A stretch of DNA of 64,000 nt from Phycisphaerae bacterium (lineage in GTDB: Bacteria; Planctomycetota; Phycisphaerae; UBA1845), in the NCBI GenBank assembly GCA_963667855.2, contig CAXXKI010000019.1:127411-191410 (forward strand), read 5' to 3'. Within the stretch, counting starts at the first letter, position 1. Every line of letters begins with the position of its first letter. This document shows, in pieces, positions 41,092 through 50,536 of this stretch. The translations under genes and the position numbers were made by a program. The notes beneath the pieces are model-generated. The model made no database searches and was not told the origin of the DNA. It saw only the letters and a list, made by a program, of their open reading frames with translations.

Positions 41092-41129
41092 GTGATGTCC
41101 CCTTTTCTCTATAGGCTGATCCCTCGCCG

Positions 41130-43322
41130 CTACCGCATGGCAATAACCGCATGCGCCGGCGGAACAACCAGGCAACCATCGTTCATTGCCGGCAATGGTA
41201 AATCAGCATCAGGGTTATTGATCCGCCGAAGCACCGCACTGCCCCGCAGATCCTCGAGAACCGCAGGCCATTTGAATTTCATCTTCTTCCCGTCACGATT
41301 GACCACCACCATACCCATAAGCAGACCGATAATTTCCTCGATCAGCACGGCGGTCCAATCAGTCTGCCATATAGAATTACCCAACTGATCACTATGCAGA
41401 CAGGGGACAGTCAGCCTGATTACGTTAGCGCCGGCCTCTCTCGCGGAATAATGTATCCCCTCCTGAAAAGCGTCCGCGTCAATCTTTACCGAAACCCGCA
41501 GATCGTCTTTTCCCCAGCAACTCGGCGACTGATCGCTTAAGCTTTCCCCAGCGGGAACACCACGATAGAAATGCCGCCCGGAAACAGTTTGCTCGGCAAG
41601 AGAGGGCAGAGCACCGGCTAATACGTCTGAGAATTCACATTTATCCGCCGCGGTAACGGTCACTTCGTGGGTATCCGAGGCAGCTACATCGATTATCGCG
41701 GCTATCGAGCCCGGTTCAAACTCCGCATCAATAGGAAACAGCTCAGGTCTTTCTTCCGGCTTCCAGCCGCCGGAAATCATTCCCGGCGTCGAAAGCGGTA
41801 TCCATGCCACCCGGCAGACCGAAGCCAGAGTTTTTGCATAGGGTGAATCATACGGGGCCTTGCGCACCAGGTGCTTCAACCAGGACATCACGCCGTAGGC
41901 ACCGATCAGATCGTCTTGGGAAAATCCAGAACGTATCAATACCAGCGGGCGATCGGGAACCGGCGAGCCTATCGTCGCTTCCGCCGATCCCACGTTGATC
42001 AACTGCAGTTCATCCAGATCGTCCGGCCCCAGCCCTTGAGCCCAGGCCAGGGGAGGAAACCTGTCGACCATATCGCACAGGTGATGACGAAAATCGGTAA
42101 TAGTCCTCGCGCATGCCGTGTATTGCCCCATTGTCGGCTGTTTTTTGCCCAGAGCACTCACCAGCAGTTGCCTGGCAATCGTGGGTTCTTCAAGGGAACT
42201 GGGTAGAGCTTCGGCCGGCTCGACGTCCATCACTATCACCGCACCACTATCCGTATGATGAATAAGCGCTATTGGTTTTTCAGAAGTGGACTCGGAATCC
42301 GTCACCGAATCAAGCAGAACATCGAAACCGTGCTCTTTACAGAAAGCATCAAACACCCGGTTCGTTCTGAACTGTCTCTGCGTCATTACTGTCGAGTGAT
42401 CACGCCTGCCGCCGAAGGGAATAATATCGTGCAAAGCCATTGCAGAGGTTACAAAATTCGCATAGCGCACACGGGCATGCAGGGGATCATCCGCCTGCTC
42501 GATCAGTTTGGTCAACACATGCTCGTCTGACATTTCCGCAAAAGCCTGCAGCGACACAATCACGATTTTGTTTTTCGCAAGAGACTTCAACGCCCGCACT
42601 GAGCGGCATGACGATGGCGCCTTGGCGTCGGGCAGAAAAACAGCATCAGCTGACCGGACTGCCCCGGTGAAGTTCTTTGAATCCGCAATACTTACTTTCT
42701 TATCGCCCAGGCATACGCGCAATATGTCCATGAGCGGGCGATCAGCGTCGGCTGTAAACACTACCGCACTCTTAACTTCCAGCGGTGCCGGATTCGCACA
42801 AGGCAGTGCGGTAATTGCCCAAGGATGGGATTTCAATTCAGAATCTATAACCGCCGCCACGCCAACACGGTGAACAGTGGCAAAACCGCGAACACCCTCC
42901 AGACCAATACGCAGTTCTATCTCCTTTACATCCGGGGGAGTCTTATAACTGCATCGCAGAGTATAATGCCTGGCTCGTCGCAACGGCGCGGTCCTCAACA
43001 CCTCTCCTGCCGAGCCGTCGGCACAAGTCGGCACCAGGGATAAAACCAAACCGCCCGCACTACCGTCACAATTACAGTCGCAGGAAACCACCGTCTCTAT
43101 ACGATAGTTCTGATTCTTCTTGGGCCTGAACGATTGAACCCACACTCCACTCGATTCGTCACACCGGCTGTTGATCTGCACACCGCCCAGATCGCCATTG
43201 TTCGAATTGGACACCAACCGCCAATCGACCGCGTCACTATCCGCCAACCATCGCCATGCCTTTGGCTTGCGAACTCCCTCGGAAAAATCACCGTTTTTAA
43301 TTTTGTTCAGATCGCCGAGCAT
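41130..43322 (-). CDS. large hypothetical protein with N-terminal CBM-like jelly-roll domain
   Basis: 730-aa ORF; N-terminal IKNGDFSEG...W pattern typical of CBM4_9-like modules; remainder unrecognised. Confidence 0.6.
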   Translation of the reverse strand: MLGDLNKIKNGDFSEGVRKPKAWRWLADSDAVDWRLVSNSNNGDLGGVQINSRCDESSGVWVQSFRPKKNQNYRIETVVSCDCNCDGSAGGLVLSLVPTCADGSAGEVLRTAPLRRARHYTLRCSYKTPPDVKEIELRIGLEGVRGFATVHRVGVAAVIDSELKSHPWAITALPCANPAPLEVKSAVVFTADADRPLMDILRVCLGDKKVSIADSKNFTGAVRSADAVFLPDAKAPSSCRSVRALKSLAKNKIVIVSLQAFAEMSDEHVLTKLIEQADDPLHARVRYANFVTSAMALHDIIPFGGRRDHSTVMTQRQFRTNRVFDAFCKEHGFDVLLDSVTDSESTSEKPIALIHHTDSGAVIVMDVEPAEALPSSLEEPTIARQLLVSALGKKQPTMGQYTACARTITDFRHHLCDMVDRFPPLAWAQGLGPDDLDELQLINVGSAEATIGSPVPDRPLVLIRSGFSQDDLIGAYGVMSWLKHLVRKAPYDSPYAKTLASVCRVAWIPLSTPGMISGGWKPEERPELFPIDAEFEPGSIAAIIDVAASDTHEVTVTAADKCEFSDVLAGALPSLAEQTVSGRHFYRGVPAGESLSDQSPSCWGKDDLRVSVKIDADAFQEGIHYSAREAGANVIRLTVPCLHSDQLGNSIWQTDWTAVLIEEIIGLLMGMVVVNRDGKKMKFKWPAVLEDLRGSAVLRRINNPDADLPLPAMNDGCLVVPPAHAVIAMR

Positions 43323-43506
43323 TGAACTTCACACGTGCCACACACGCCCTCAAAGACAGTAACTACTCACAGTTCCACTACGGAAAATAAGAAAACCTGC
43401 ACACTCTTTCATTGCGCCGCCAAGATAATGATCGATCATCCATCACCGGTCAACAGGAGATATGTTTCAGCCAGGTCATTAAGTAAATACACTGCTTCGC
43501 GAAACA

Positions 43507-43989
43507 CTATTTAAACAAGGCGAGAAACGATGTGAGCAGAAACGCCGCAGCCACAATTGCCACACCAGACATTACAGCAACCGCGCCTTTGAAATACTTA
43601 GGCGGGGCAGGAAGGTCGTCAACGGCCCAATGGGGAACAAACTTCAACCGGATTACCTGCAAACCAAGCCCGATCATAATCAACCCGGTAACCACCAGGA
43701 GTAACCGGGTTAAAAAAAACTGCCTGATCAACAGCAACAGTATTCCACCAATTAAACCGGCCCCGCCCAAATGTATCGCAAAATCAACCAGATCGTTGAT
43801 GTCATTAACTTTCTGCAGCGAATAAAACGTAATCCGGGCACGCGTGGCGAGCTCCTCCCATTCTATTTCACTACCACACTCCGGACATCTATTACCCGGC
43901 ACACCGGTTAGGTTATAACCACATTCAATACATATCGGAGGCAGCTTCTCCCGCCATTGCCCCCTGGTCAGACTACTGGTCATCGCCAC
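43507..43989 (-). CDS. zinc-ribbon membrane protein
   Basis: CIECGYNLTGVPGNRCPECG followed by three hydrophobic helices. Confidence 0.75.
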   Translation of the reverse strand: MAMTSSLTRGQWREKLPPICIECGYNLTGVPGNRCPECGSEIEWEELATRARITFYSLQKVNDINDLVDFAIHLGGAGLIGGILLLLIRQFFLTRLLLVVTGLIMIGLGLQVIRLKFVPHWAVDDLPAPPKYFKGAVAVMSGVAIVAAAFLLTSFLALFK

Positions 43990-44038
43990 TGTTCCACGAA
44001 TGGAAAACTAACTCTAAAAACACCTGTCACCTGGCAGT

Positions 44039-45880
44039 TCACTCCTCGTCGACCCGCCCCCGGTGAGGACGGCCTAGTATCGCCCACGCCCGGCGTCCAA
44101 GGATCACTGAGAATATATCACCACCCCGGCCATCTATATTTCTGGCGAGCAGTAAAATCAACGCAATAACCACACCAACTATAAAGCCACCTAGATGCGC
44201 CCAGTGAGCGGTTCCCGTATCACCACCGTAGATGGTGTAGAAAACATCAAAGCCGATGAAAAACAGAACAACCCAGAATCCACGCAGGGAAAATATCCGC
44301 AAATAAAGACAGAAGATAAGATACCGGAACCAGAAAGCCATATGAACTTTATGTACCGGAAACAGAACGAAATACATACCGGCCAATCCCATTATCGCTC
44401 CCGAAGCACCAACACACGGAGAGATAGTATCTCCATTCATTGAAACCACGTGAGCAATCGCAGCCCCAACAGCCAGGACAGGATAGACAATTATGGTTTT
44501 AAGGTTTCCGATCAATGCGTTTACCCTCGATCCGAAAACCAATAAAAAGAGCATATTGCCCAGCAGGTGCAACGGATCGCCATGAAGAAACGCGTGAGAA
44601 AACAGTTGCGATACGCTGAAACTGCCCACACATTTCTGGTTAGCGTTCAATGAATCGTGCGCAGCCCGTACGCACTCATCTCCACTTAAACCTTCATCTG
44701 TAAACCGATCCTTGGCGGCCAGATACGCCTGGGAATCTCCCCAGGATGTGTAGAAATACACCTCCTCGAGAATTTCCGGATCAAGTTCTACGTCCCCCGC
44801 CCAGAGCATGAGATTCTTGTGCGATTGCATTGATGATGAATTTTTCCAATCAACCACAAAGAACCAGCAGCTTATTATTATGGTTAAAACCGTTATAGCT
44901 CGGATAACATGCGGCTTCTTCGTCCCAAACGCCTCTGACGCAATTGGATAGATACCAAACCAGATGATCCAGCTTATCAGAAACAGCACCCCTTCCGCCG
45001 CCTCGCGATTATCATCCATCCCGGAGTCATGCGAAGTAATAATGGGTCTGCCGGTACGAATATCTATACCGCACTGCACGCAGATTCTACTGCGATCGGG
45101 TAGTCGTCTTTTACAACTCGGGCACTCTGGACCATTGTGATTACCTGCTTGCGGCGGTTTTACCGGCAGCGAAACCGGAGGACCGGCATCAAGCTCATCG
45201 TCGTCGATCAGGGTAAACATTGCCCCAAAATCACCGCTGTCATCGCTGGATTTGGTTTTGCTTTTTTTCGACGGCACCCGCTCCGGTATCGGCGGAGGAA
45301 CCGATTCCGATATCGGAATAGACAATGGAATCGGATAAGACACCGGCGGTTCATCGCGGTTTATTGGAACTTCTGAATCATGCCCGCTACCAGCAGACCC
45401 TGGTTCAAAAGTCGTCGAAACAACAGCCTTTCCACTACACCGCGGCGGTGGCTCGGCAATGTATTCCAGTTCATAGTTGCCGATCAGGACAACGTCACCG
45501 TTTAACAGGTTCCGGCCATTGACCAGACGCCCGTTAACCATCAACTCCAGAGTACGACTGATATTCTCAATGCGCCAGCCGTATCCTCCCTGGAGCAATC
45601 TGCAGTGCTCAATATCAACCGAAGAATGGCCCAGATGGAAATCAGCCCTTACCGATCTCCCGACGATCATTGGTTCTTCGCCGCAGGGAAAAACCTGCTC
45701 ATCAAGCCTGCCCGGTCCGTTGCGAATAATCAGCCGGGCCTGAGGGGTTGCGTCAGTCCGCAATCCACCGGCAGCTATTATTCGCGTTTTCCGCTCGCAA
45801 CGAGGACAGGATGTAAGTTTACCGACATGCTCACCGGGAAGCTTGAGATCCTTGCCACATTGACACCTCATCCTGATCAT
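44039..45880 (-). CDS. Zn-ribbon/FHA/Zn-ribbon-fused rhomboid intramembrane serine protease
   Basis: CQCG...CPRC; FHA-like VGR...EHC...VNG...GD; Pro-rich linker; CPSC...CVQCG; HAFLHGDPLHLLGNM, GASG, AHWAHLGG. Confidence 0.88.
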   Translation of the reverse strand: MIRMRCQCGKDLKLPGEHVGKLTSCPRCERKTRIIAAGGLRTDATPQARLIIRNGPGRLDEQVFPCGEEPMIVGRSVRADFHLGHSSVDIEHCRLLQGGYGWRIENISRTLELMVNGRLVNGRNLLNGDVVLIGNYELEYIAEPPPRCSGKAVVSTTFEPGSAGSGHDSEVPINRDEPPVSYPIPLSIPISESVPPPIPERVPSKKSKTKSSDDSGDFGAMFTLIDDDELDAGPPVSLPVKPPQAGNHNGPECPSCKRRLPDRSRICVQCGIDIRTGRPIITSHDSGMDDNREAAEGVLFLISWIIWFGIYPIASEAFGTKKPHVIRAITVLTIIISCWFFVVDWKNSSSMQSHKNLMLWAGDVELDPEILEEVYFYTSWGDSQAYLAAKDRFTDEGLSGDECVRAAHDSLNANQKCVGSFSVSQLFSHAFLHGDPLHLLGNMLFLLVFGSRVNALIGNLKTIIVYPVLAVGAAIAHVVSMNGDTISPCVGASGAIMGLAGMYFVLFPVHKVHMAFWFRYLIFCLYLRIFSLRGFWVVLFFIGFDVFYTIYGGDTGTAHWAHLGGFIVGVVIALILLLARNIDGRGGDIFSVILGRRAWAILGRPHRGRVDEE

Positions 45881-45968
45881 AACTGCATATTATACTTCAT
45901 CATGAAAAAGGATTCAGCCTTTATTGTGATTTTTAATATCTGATGTCGATATTCGGAAATAGATTCCG

Positions 45969-47474
45969 TTATCCCCAGGACCAGGCGAAACGATCTTTGA
46001 AATGATGGTAATATAAACCTATCACCCTCATGGCCACTATTCCGAAATATACAGATACAACCGACACGACCATTGACAATAGCAGCGGGTGATTTCCTAA
46101 TCCCGGCAAGGCACCGATCAGGAAACACGCCTTATACTTAGTCATCAATGCCAATCCCGCCATCAGGAAAGTCACCACATAAGGGACAAAGGTCTTTATA
46201 ATCGTGCTTACAATGAGGTCTGGCCGGGAAAAACAACTAAATCCCCCCATCGCCACCAGCAAAAGCACCATAGGCCACAAAAACAACCCTAAGCCCAGCA
46301 AGGTAAAGAAAATCCAATCCGGAGAACCCAATCTGACCACGCCCGGACCCGCAGTAGTCGCTATCCAGAACATACCGTAAAAGATAGCCGGACAGATCAC
46401 CATTAAACCGGCCAGAGAAAACTTTAAAAAGGGGATTATGACGCCATCAAACCAGCCGTCCGTAAAACTCAATTCGGGATTCTTCTTTTCGCCGGACGCG
46501 GCATACAATGCAGTATTGAAATAATACGAGAATATCCAACCATAAACAATTACCAAACCACATGGGATCAGTAAATACCCCATAATGCTGAACGACGGAG
46601 TAACAAACAAAAACGGCTCTATAACGGCAATAATCGCGACTACAATAAAAGAACTCAGGCTGTCGAAGTCTGTAAAAAACACAAAACTAGCCAAACAATC
46701 TCTCAAGAAAAACACCCAGCCTGTCCCCGGGGCCTTTTTCGTTGCCCCTTTCGCCCCCTCAAAATCCATCGGAGCAACTGCTATCGGTTGGCCGGTAAGC
46801 AGATCAATGCCGCACGTAACACAAACACGGGCATCGGCAGGACGAGATTTACCGCACGCAGGACACACCTGCTCGTCGCTCGCCAGGTTCACACCGCCGC
46901 CTTCAACGTGTTCAACTGGAACCGGCGGCACGCAGGAGACCGTATTTCCGCTATCCGGCAGATCATCCAGCAAGGTAAGCTCACCATTACCACTCCGCCC
47001 CACAACATCCAATCCTTCAGCAACATCGCCACCGCGTTGCCTTTCACCCATCCGATAGAGTAATTCGTATTCCCCTATCCGAATAGTATCGCCGTCGCAT
47101 AGATCATGCTCCCTCACCGAACAACCGTTAACGAACAGTCCATTAGTGCTGCCCAGATCCTCCACTCGCCATCCGGCAGCACCCATTACCAGACGACAAT
47201 GCCTGCGTGATACCGAGTCGGATCTCAACCGCAGTTGAGATTCCGCGGACTTGCCTATCGTGATTGCTCTTTCCCCTACAGGGTAAATACACTCCCCCTT
47301 TTGCTGAGGACCGCTCCGCACACGCAGGTAGTGTCCAGCTTCATTATCAGAATGCCCGGCCCCGGCCGATACGACCCGAACCTTATTGCCGCAACCGGGA
47401 CAGGCTGCCGGTTTCCCCAGCATACTGGAACCGAGCTTGAGCCACTTTCCACAATCGCACTGGATTCTGATCAT
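45969..47474 (-). CDS. Zn-ribbon/FHA/Zn-ribbon polytopic membrane protein (DUF4013-like C-terminus)
   Basis: CDCG...CPGC; FHA IGK...VSRRHC...DLGSTNG; CPAC...CVTCG; about six TM helices; GGAG RBS. Confidence 0.82.
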   Translation of the reverse strand: MIRIQCDCGKWLKLGSSMLGKPAACPGCGNKVRVVSAGAGHSDNEAGHYLRVRSGPQQKGECIYPVGERAITIGKSAESQLRLRSDSVSRRHCRLVMGAAGWRVEDLGSTNGLFVNGCSVREHDLCDGDTIRIGEYELLYRMGERQRGGDVAEGLDVVGRSGNGELTLLDDLPDSGNTVSCVPPVPVEHVEGGGVNLASDEQVCPACGKSRPADARVCVTCGIDLLTGQPIAVAPMDFEGAKGATKKAPGTGWVFFLRDCLASFVFFTDFDSLSSFIVVAIIAVIEPFLFVTPSFSIMGYLLIPCGLVIVYGWIFSYYFNTALYAASGEKKNPELSFTDGWFDGVIIPFLKFSLAGLMVICPAIFYGMFWIATTAGPGVVRLGSPDWIFFTLLGLGLFLWPMVLLLVAMGGFSCFSRPDLIVSTIIKTFVPYVVTFLMAGLALMTKYKACFLIGALPGLGNHPLLLSMVVSVVSVYFGIVAMRVIGLYYHHFKDRFAWSWG

Positions 47475-47975
47475 CCAAGTTCTCCGGACCGGCGATTCAC
47501 CCACTTCACCCTTTCCACGGTCAATCATCAGGTTACGCTAAAAATCAACCGCTTCACACCCGACTTCCAGACACTGCGATACGTATATTATCCTCTTCCA
47601 AGCCGACTTCCGCCGTTATAATAATCCTCAGACATTGTATAGCTTGCCTGCTATCTCTAATAGCTGCAATTCACGTATTACAAAACATCCCCCGCCACAC
47701 CCAATTAAACGTTTATTCCGCCATAAATCGGACAAATTAACGGGTAACTTGCTACTTGCGAATTCGAACAGAATTCGGAAATTCGGGCGACGCTTTGTTA
47801 AATTCGGTACGCAATTCTGCATTTGAATTGCTATGCTGATTTATCATCATCGGAAGACTGCTTAGAGTTTTTCCTTTGAAATCAGCATTAAGGGAGGAAC
47901 TGGCTATTCAGCACAGTCAGCGTTTTGGGCCACGATTACGTGTCGGCCGCCTTCGTCAATGGTTTTTCTGGGTTA

Positions 47976-48074
47976 TCAACTCTCTTCTGCTTTTGCGGGC
48001 TCGGTTTTCCTGGCCAGGATTATTCCTGCCGCTATTACCGGGGCGGGAAGGTGATCGAGTTCACCCCGGTCCGC
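47976..48074 (-). pseudogene. diverged relic copy of the natB 3' end
   Basis: Encodes ADRGELDHLPAPVIAAGIILARKTEPAKAEES* versus NatB ADRGELDHLPSKIIAAGIILVIIGILLARKTEPSKPEQPSAQ*. Confidence 0.85.
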
Positions 48075-48120
48075 GGAATTAAAACCTGTTTCAATTAATA
48101 CGAAATTCATACCCAATGAG

Positions 48121-48302
48121 GTGCCACTGTTCTGTGAACAGTGCTTACACATTTGCCTAACCCGTTATCAAACATTTTCGTACTAATCGCCGGGGAGTAA
48201 CATGTTAAGGTTTAATTACGGGTTTTGCGGTTTGTTTATATCATTTTGCTGGAGAACATTACATTGGGTTTTACATAAACACTGCTCACAGAGCAGTGGC
48301 AC
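48121..48302. repeat. inverted pair of REP-like palindromes, family E
   Basis: GTGCCACTGTTCTGTGAACAGTG (48121-48143) and CACTGCTCACAGAGCAGTGGCAC (48280-48302); the two differences are compensatory. Confidence 0.8.
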
Positions 48303-48399
48303 GTCGTAGTTTGTTGTTTTAAAAAACGACTTGAAATTACTACACGTGAACGAGGTTACTTTAATAAACGCGCAATCGTCAGGCGTCTTTCTCGTTTTT

Positions 48400-50532
48400 C
48401 TATTGAGCTGATGGTTGTTCTGGTTTCGATGGTTCCGTTTTTCTAGCCAGGAGAATACCTATTATCACCAGGATTATTCCCGCTGCTATTATTTTTGAAG
48501 GGAGGTGATCCAGTTCACCTCGATCTGCTATTCCCAGGGTTTCCTTATACTTAGGCCAGAAGGAAATCAGCACGGCCGAGCCGTTGTGGAGCATGTGGGC
48601 GATAAGTGAAGGCCAGATCGATTTTGACTGCCAGCATAAAATTCCCAGCAAAATTCCCAATCCGAAAGTGAGGGCGAATTTCACCAGGATCACGTGGAAT
48701 ACGGCAAAAACACCGGCGGTTACCAGGATTACCGTCCACTTGCCGGCCGAACTGCGTAATCCGGACATAAGGAAACCGCGGAAGAAAAACTCCTCGCAGA
48801 TTGCTGGAACCACGGCGATCAACAACAGCGGCAGAAAAATCGAATAAGGTTCAAACGCCTTGAGCATCTGATCGTTGTTAGCCAGGATCTCGGCCGGTAC
48901 CTTGATTATCTTACTCTGCAGAACGAAAAGTTCGTGCGCGGGAATCCAGGCGACCGCCCCGATCAATACTCCGGCGATTACGTACCGCAGCCTGGGCAAA
49001 CGCAAAGCGAATGTCCGGCTCAGATTCACCTTGAAATACAGTAGTATCAAGGCTGGTCCCACTACCAGGAACAGCGGCATCATTCGAGCGGTTGACCTGA
49101 AGGTATCCAACAGGCTGCCGTTTTCATCCGGTTGGATGGAGAACTGTACGAACATCCACAAGGGAAAGAGGATGGCCGCTATGATCAGGGATAAAGATAC
49201 AGTCGGCGTTGATGCTGGATTAATCAATCGCCGGGTGAACGTACAGCGGAGCGAGCCGGAATCAGCGAACACCACCGATTCCATACTGAAGACACGGGAA
49301 GCTATGGTTATGGCGGTAGCTGCATACATGCTCGTACTCACCATCACCAGAGCGATGATTGCCCAATCCCAATGCCCCAAGAGCAGTTCCCGGGCGAGCA
49401 GGACCATGTTCATTACCGGTACGACTGTGTTTACGCCGGTAAGCTCGGTTCCGGGCAAAGCGGCCACCCCGCCGGGGATAAGAGCTGCGAGAATCACCGG
49501 CATGATATAGTTTTGAGCTTCCTTGAAGGTACGGGCATAGCTGCAGACGGCCACCATGATCGCGGCGAAGAGCAGGGCAAAGGGAATAAGTGTCAGAAGT
49601 ATGATCGGCAAAACCTCAAGAGGTAATTCCGTATCCACACTGCTGACAATCTCCGTAAAACCGCCGAAGTATAGCGTCAAACCTACACTGAGCAGGTTAA
49701 GCGCCGCTCCGAGCATGGCGATGGTGGCCACCACCAGGTATTTACCGGTAATAAGCTCCATCGGCGGAACCGGACAGACGATAAGGGTTTCCAATGTACC
49801 CCGTTCCCGTTCGCCGGCGGTGAGATCGATGGCCGGATAAATTGCCCCGGTTATGGTCATCAGCACCAGGACCAGGGGAATTATGGTTCCCAAAACCATA
49901 CCACCCACCTTTGCCGGTGGAGCCACGTTGAACGACTCGATCTTGATAGGATCGATTACCGAATTGGGAATGTTATTACCGACCAGGTATTGATCACGAG
50001 TTGAGCGGGAGAGCGTGTCGAAGATAAATTCCACTCTGCGCATGGCGCTTTCACTGCGCAGTTCCGCCCGGTCATAGAACAGCTCCACTGAATGCTGGGG
50101 AAATCGGGGAGTGCCACCGGCGTTAAGAGTAATTTTTACACCTACATCGCACTGGCCTTCGGATATGGATTGCGTGATATCGGAAGCAATAAGAATTCTG
50201 ATTTTCTCGGCGCTCTCGATATTTTCGTTTACGATTTTTTCATCGTCGCCGTCGGGATTGGCCTGGAAGATGGTCTTGGCATCTCGCAAAACACTTTGGA
50301 AAATCGCCAGGTTCTCCTGCTCCTCTTCAGGAAGACTCGGATCACCTTCTACAGCCACGGTAATCTGTTCGATAGTACTTTCCTGCATACTGAGCAGGTT
50401 CACCGAACCGAGAATCAACAGTGGGTAAAGCACGATGGGGACAACGATCATGGCGATCAGCGTTCGATGATCGCGGCAGATTTCCACCAGCTCTTTGGTA
50501 TAGATAGTTCTGATTCGTTTTCCCGGTCGCAT
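48400..50532 (-). CDS. natB: NatB-like ABC-2 permease fused to a CPBP (CAAX) intramembrane metalloprotease
   Basis: KELVEICRDHRT, AGERERGTLETL, ARTFKEAQ; EEFFFRG, FAVFH, HMLHN. Confidence 0.88.
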   Translation of the reverse strand: MRPGKRIRTIYTKELVEICRDHRTLIAMIVVPIVLYPLLILGSVNLLSMQESTIEQITVAVEGDPSLPEEEQENLAIFQSVLRDAKTIFQANPDGDDEKIVNENIESAEKIRILIASDITQSISEGQCDVGVKITLNAGGTPRFPQHSVELFYDRAELRSESAMRRVEFIFDTLSRSTRDQYLVGNNIPNSVIDPIKIESFNVAPPAKVGGMVLGTIIPLVLVLMTITGAIYPAIDLTAGERERGTLETLIVCPVPPMELITGKYLVVATIAMLGAALNLLSVGLTLYFGGFTEIVSSVDTELPLEVLPIILLTLIPFALLFAAIMVAVCSYARTFKEAQNYIMPVILAALIPGGVAALPGTELTGVNTVVPVMNMVLLARELLLGHWDWAIIALVMVSTSMYAATAITIASRVFSMESVVFADSGSLRCTFTRRLINPASTPTVSLSLIIAAILFPLWMFVQFSIQPDENGSLLDTFRSTARMMPLFLVVGPALILLYFKVNLSRTFALRLPRLRYVIAGVLIGAVAWIPAHELFVLQSKIIKVPAEILANNDQMLKAFEPYSIFLPLLLIAVVPAICEEFFFRGFLMSGLRSSAGKWTVILVTAGVFAVFHVILVKFALTFGLGILLGILCWQSKSIWPSLIAHMLHNGSAVLISFWPKYKETLGIADRGELDHLPSKIIAAGIILVIIGILLARKTEPSKPEQPSAQ

Positions 50533-50536
50533 ATTT

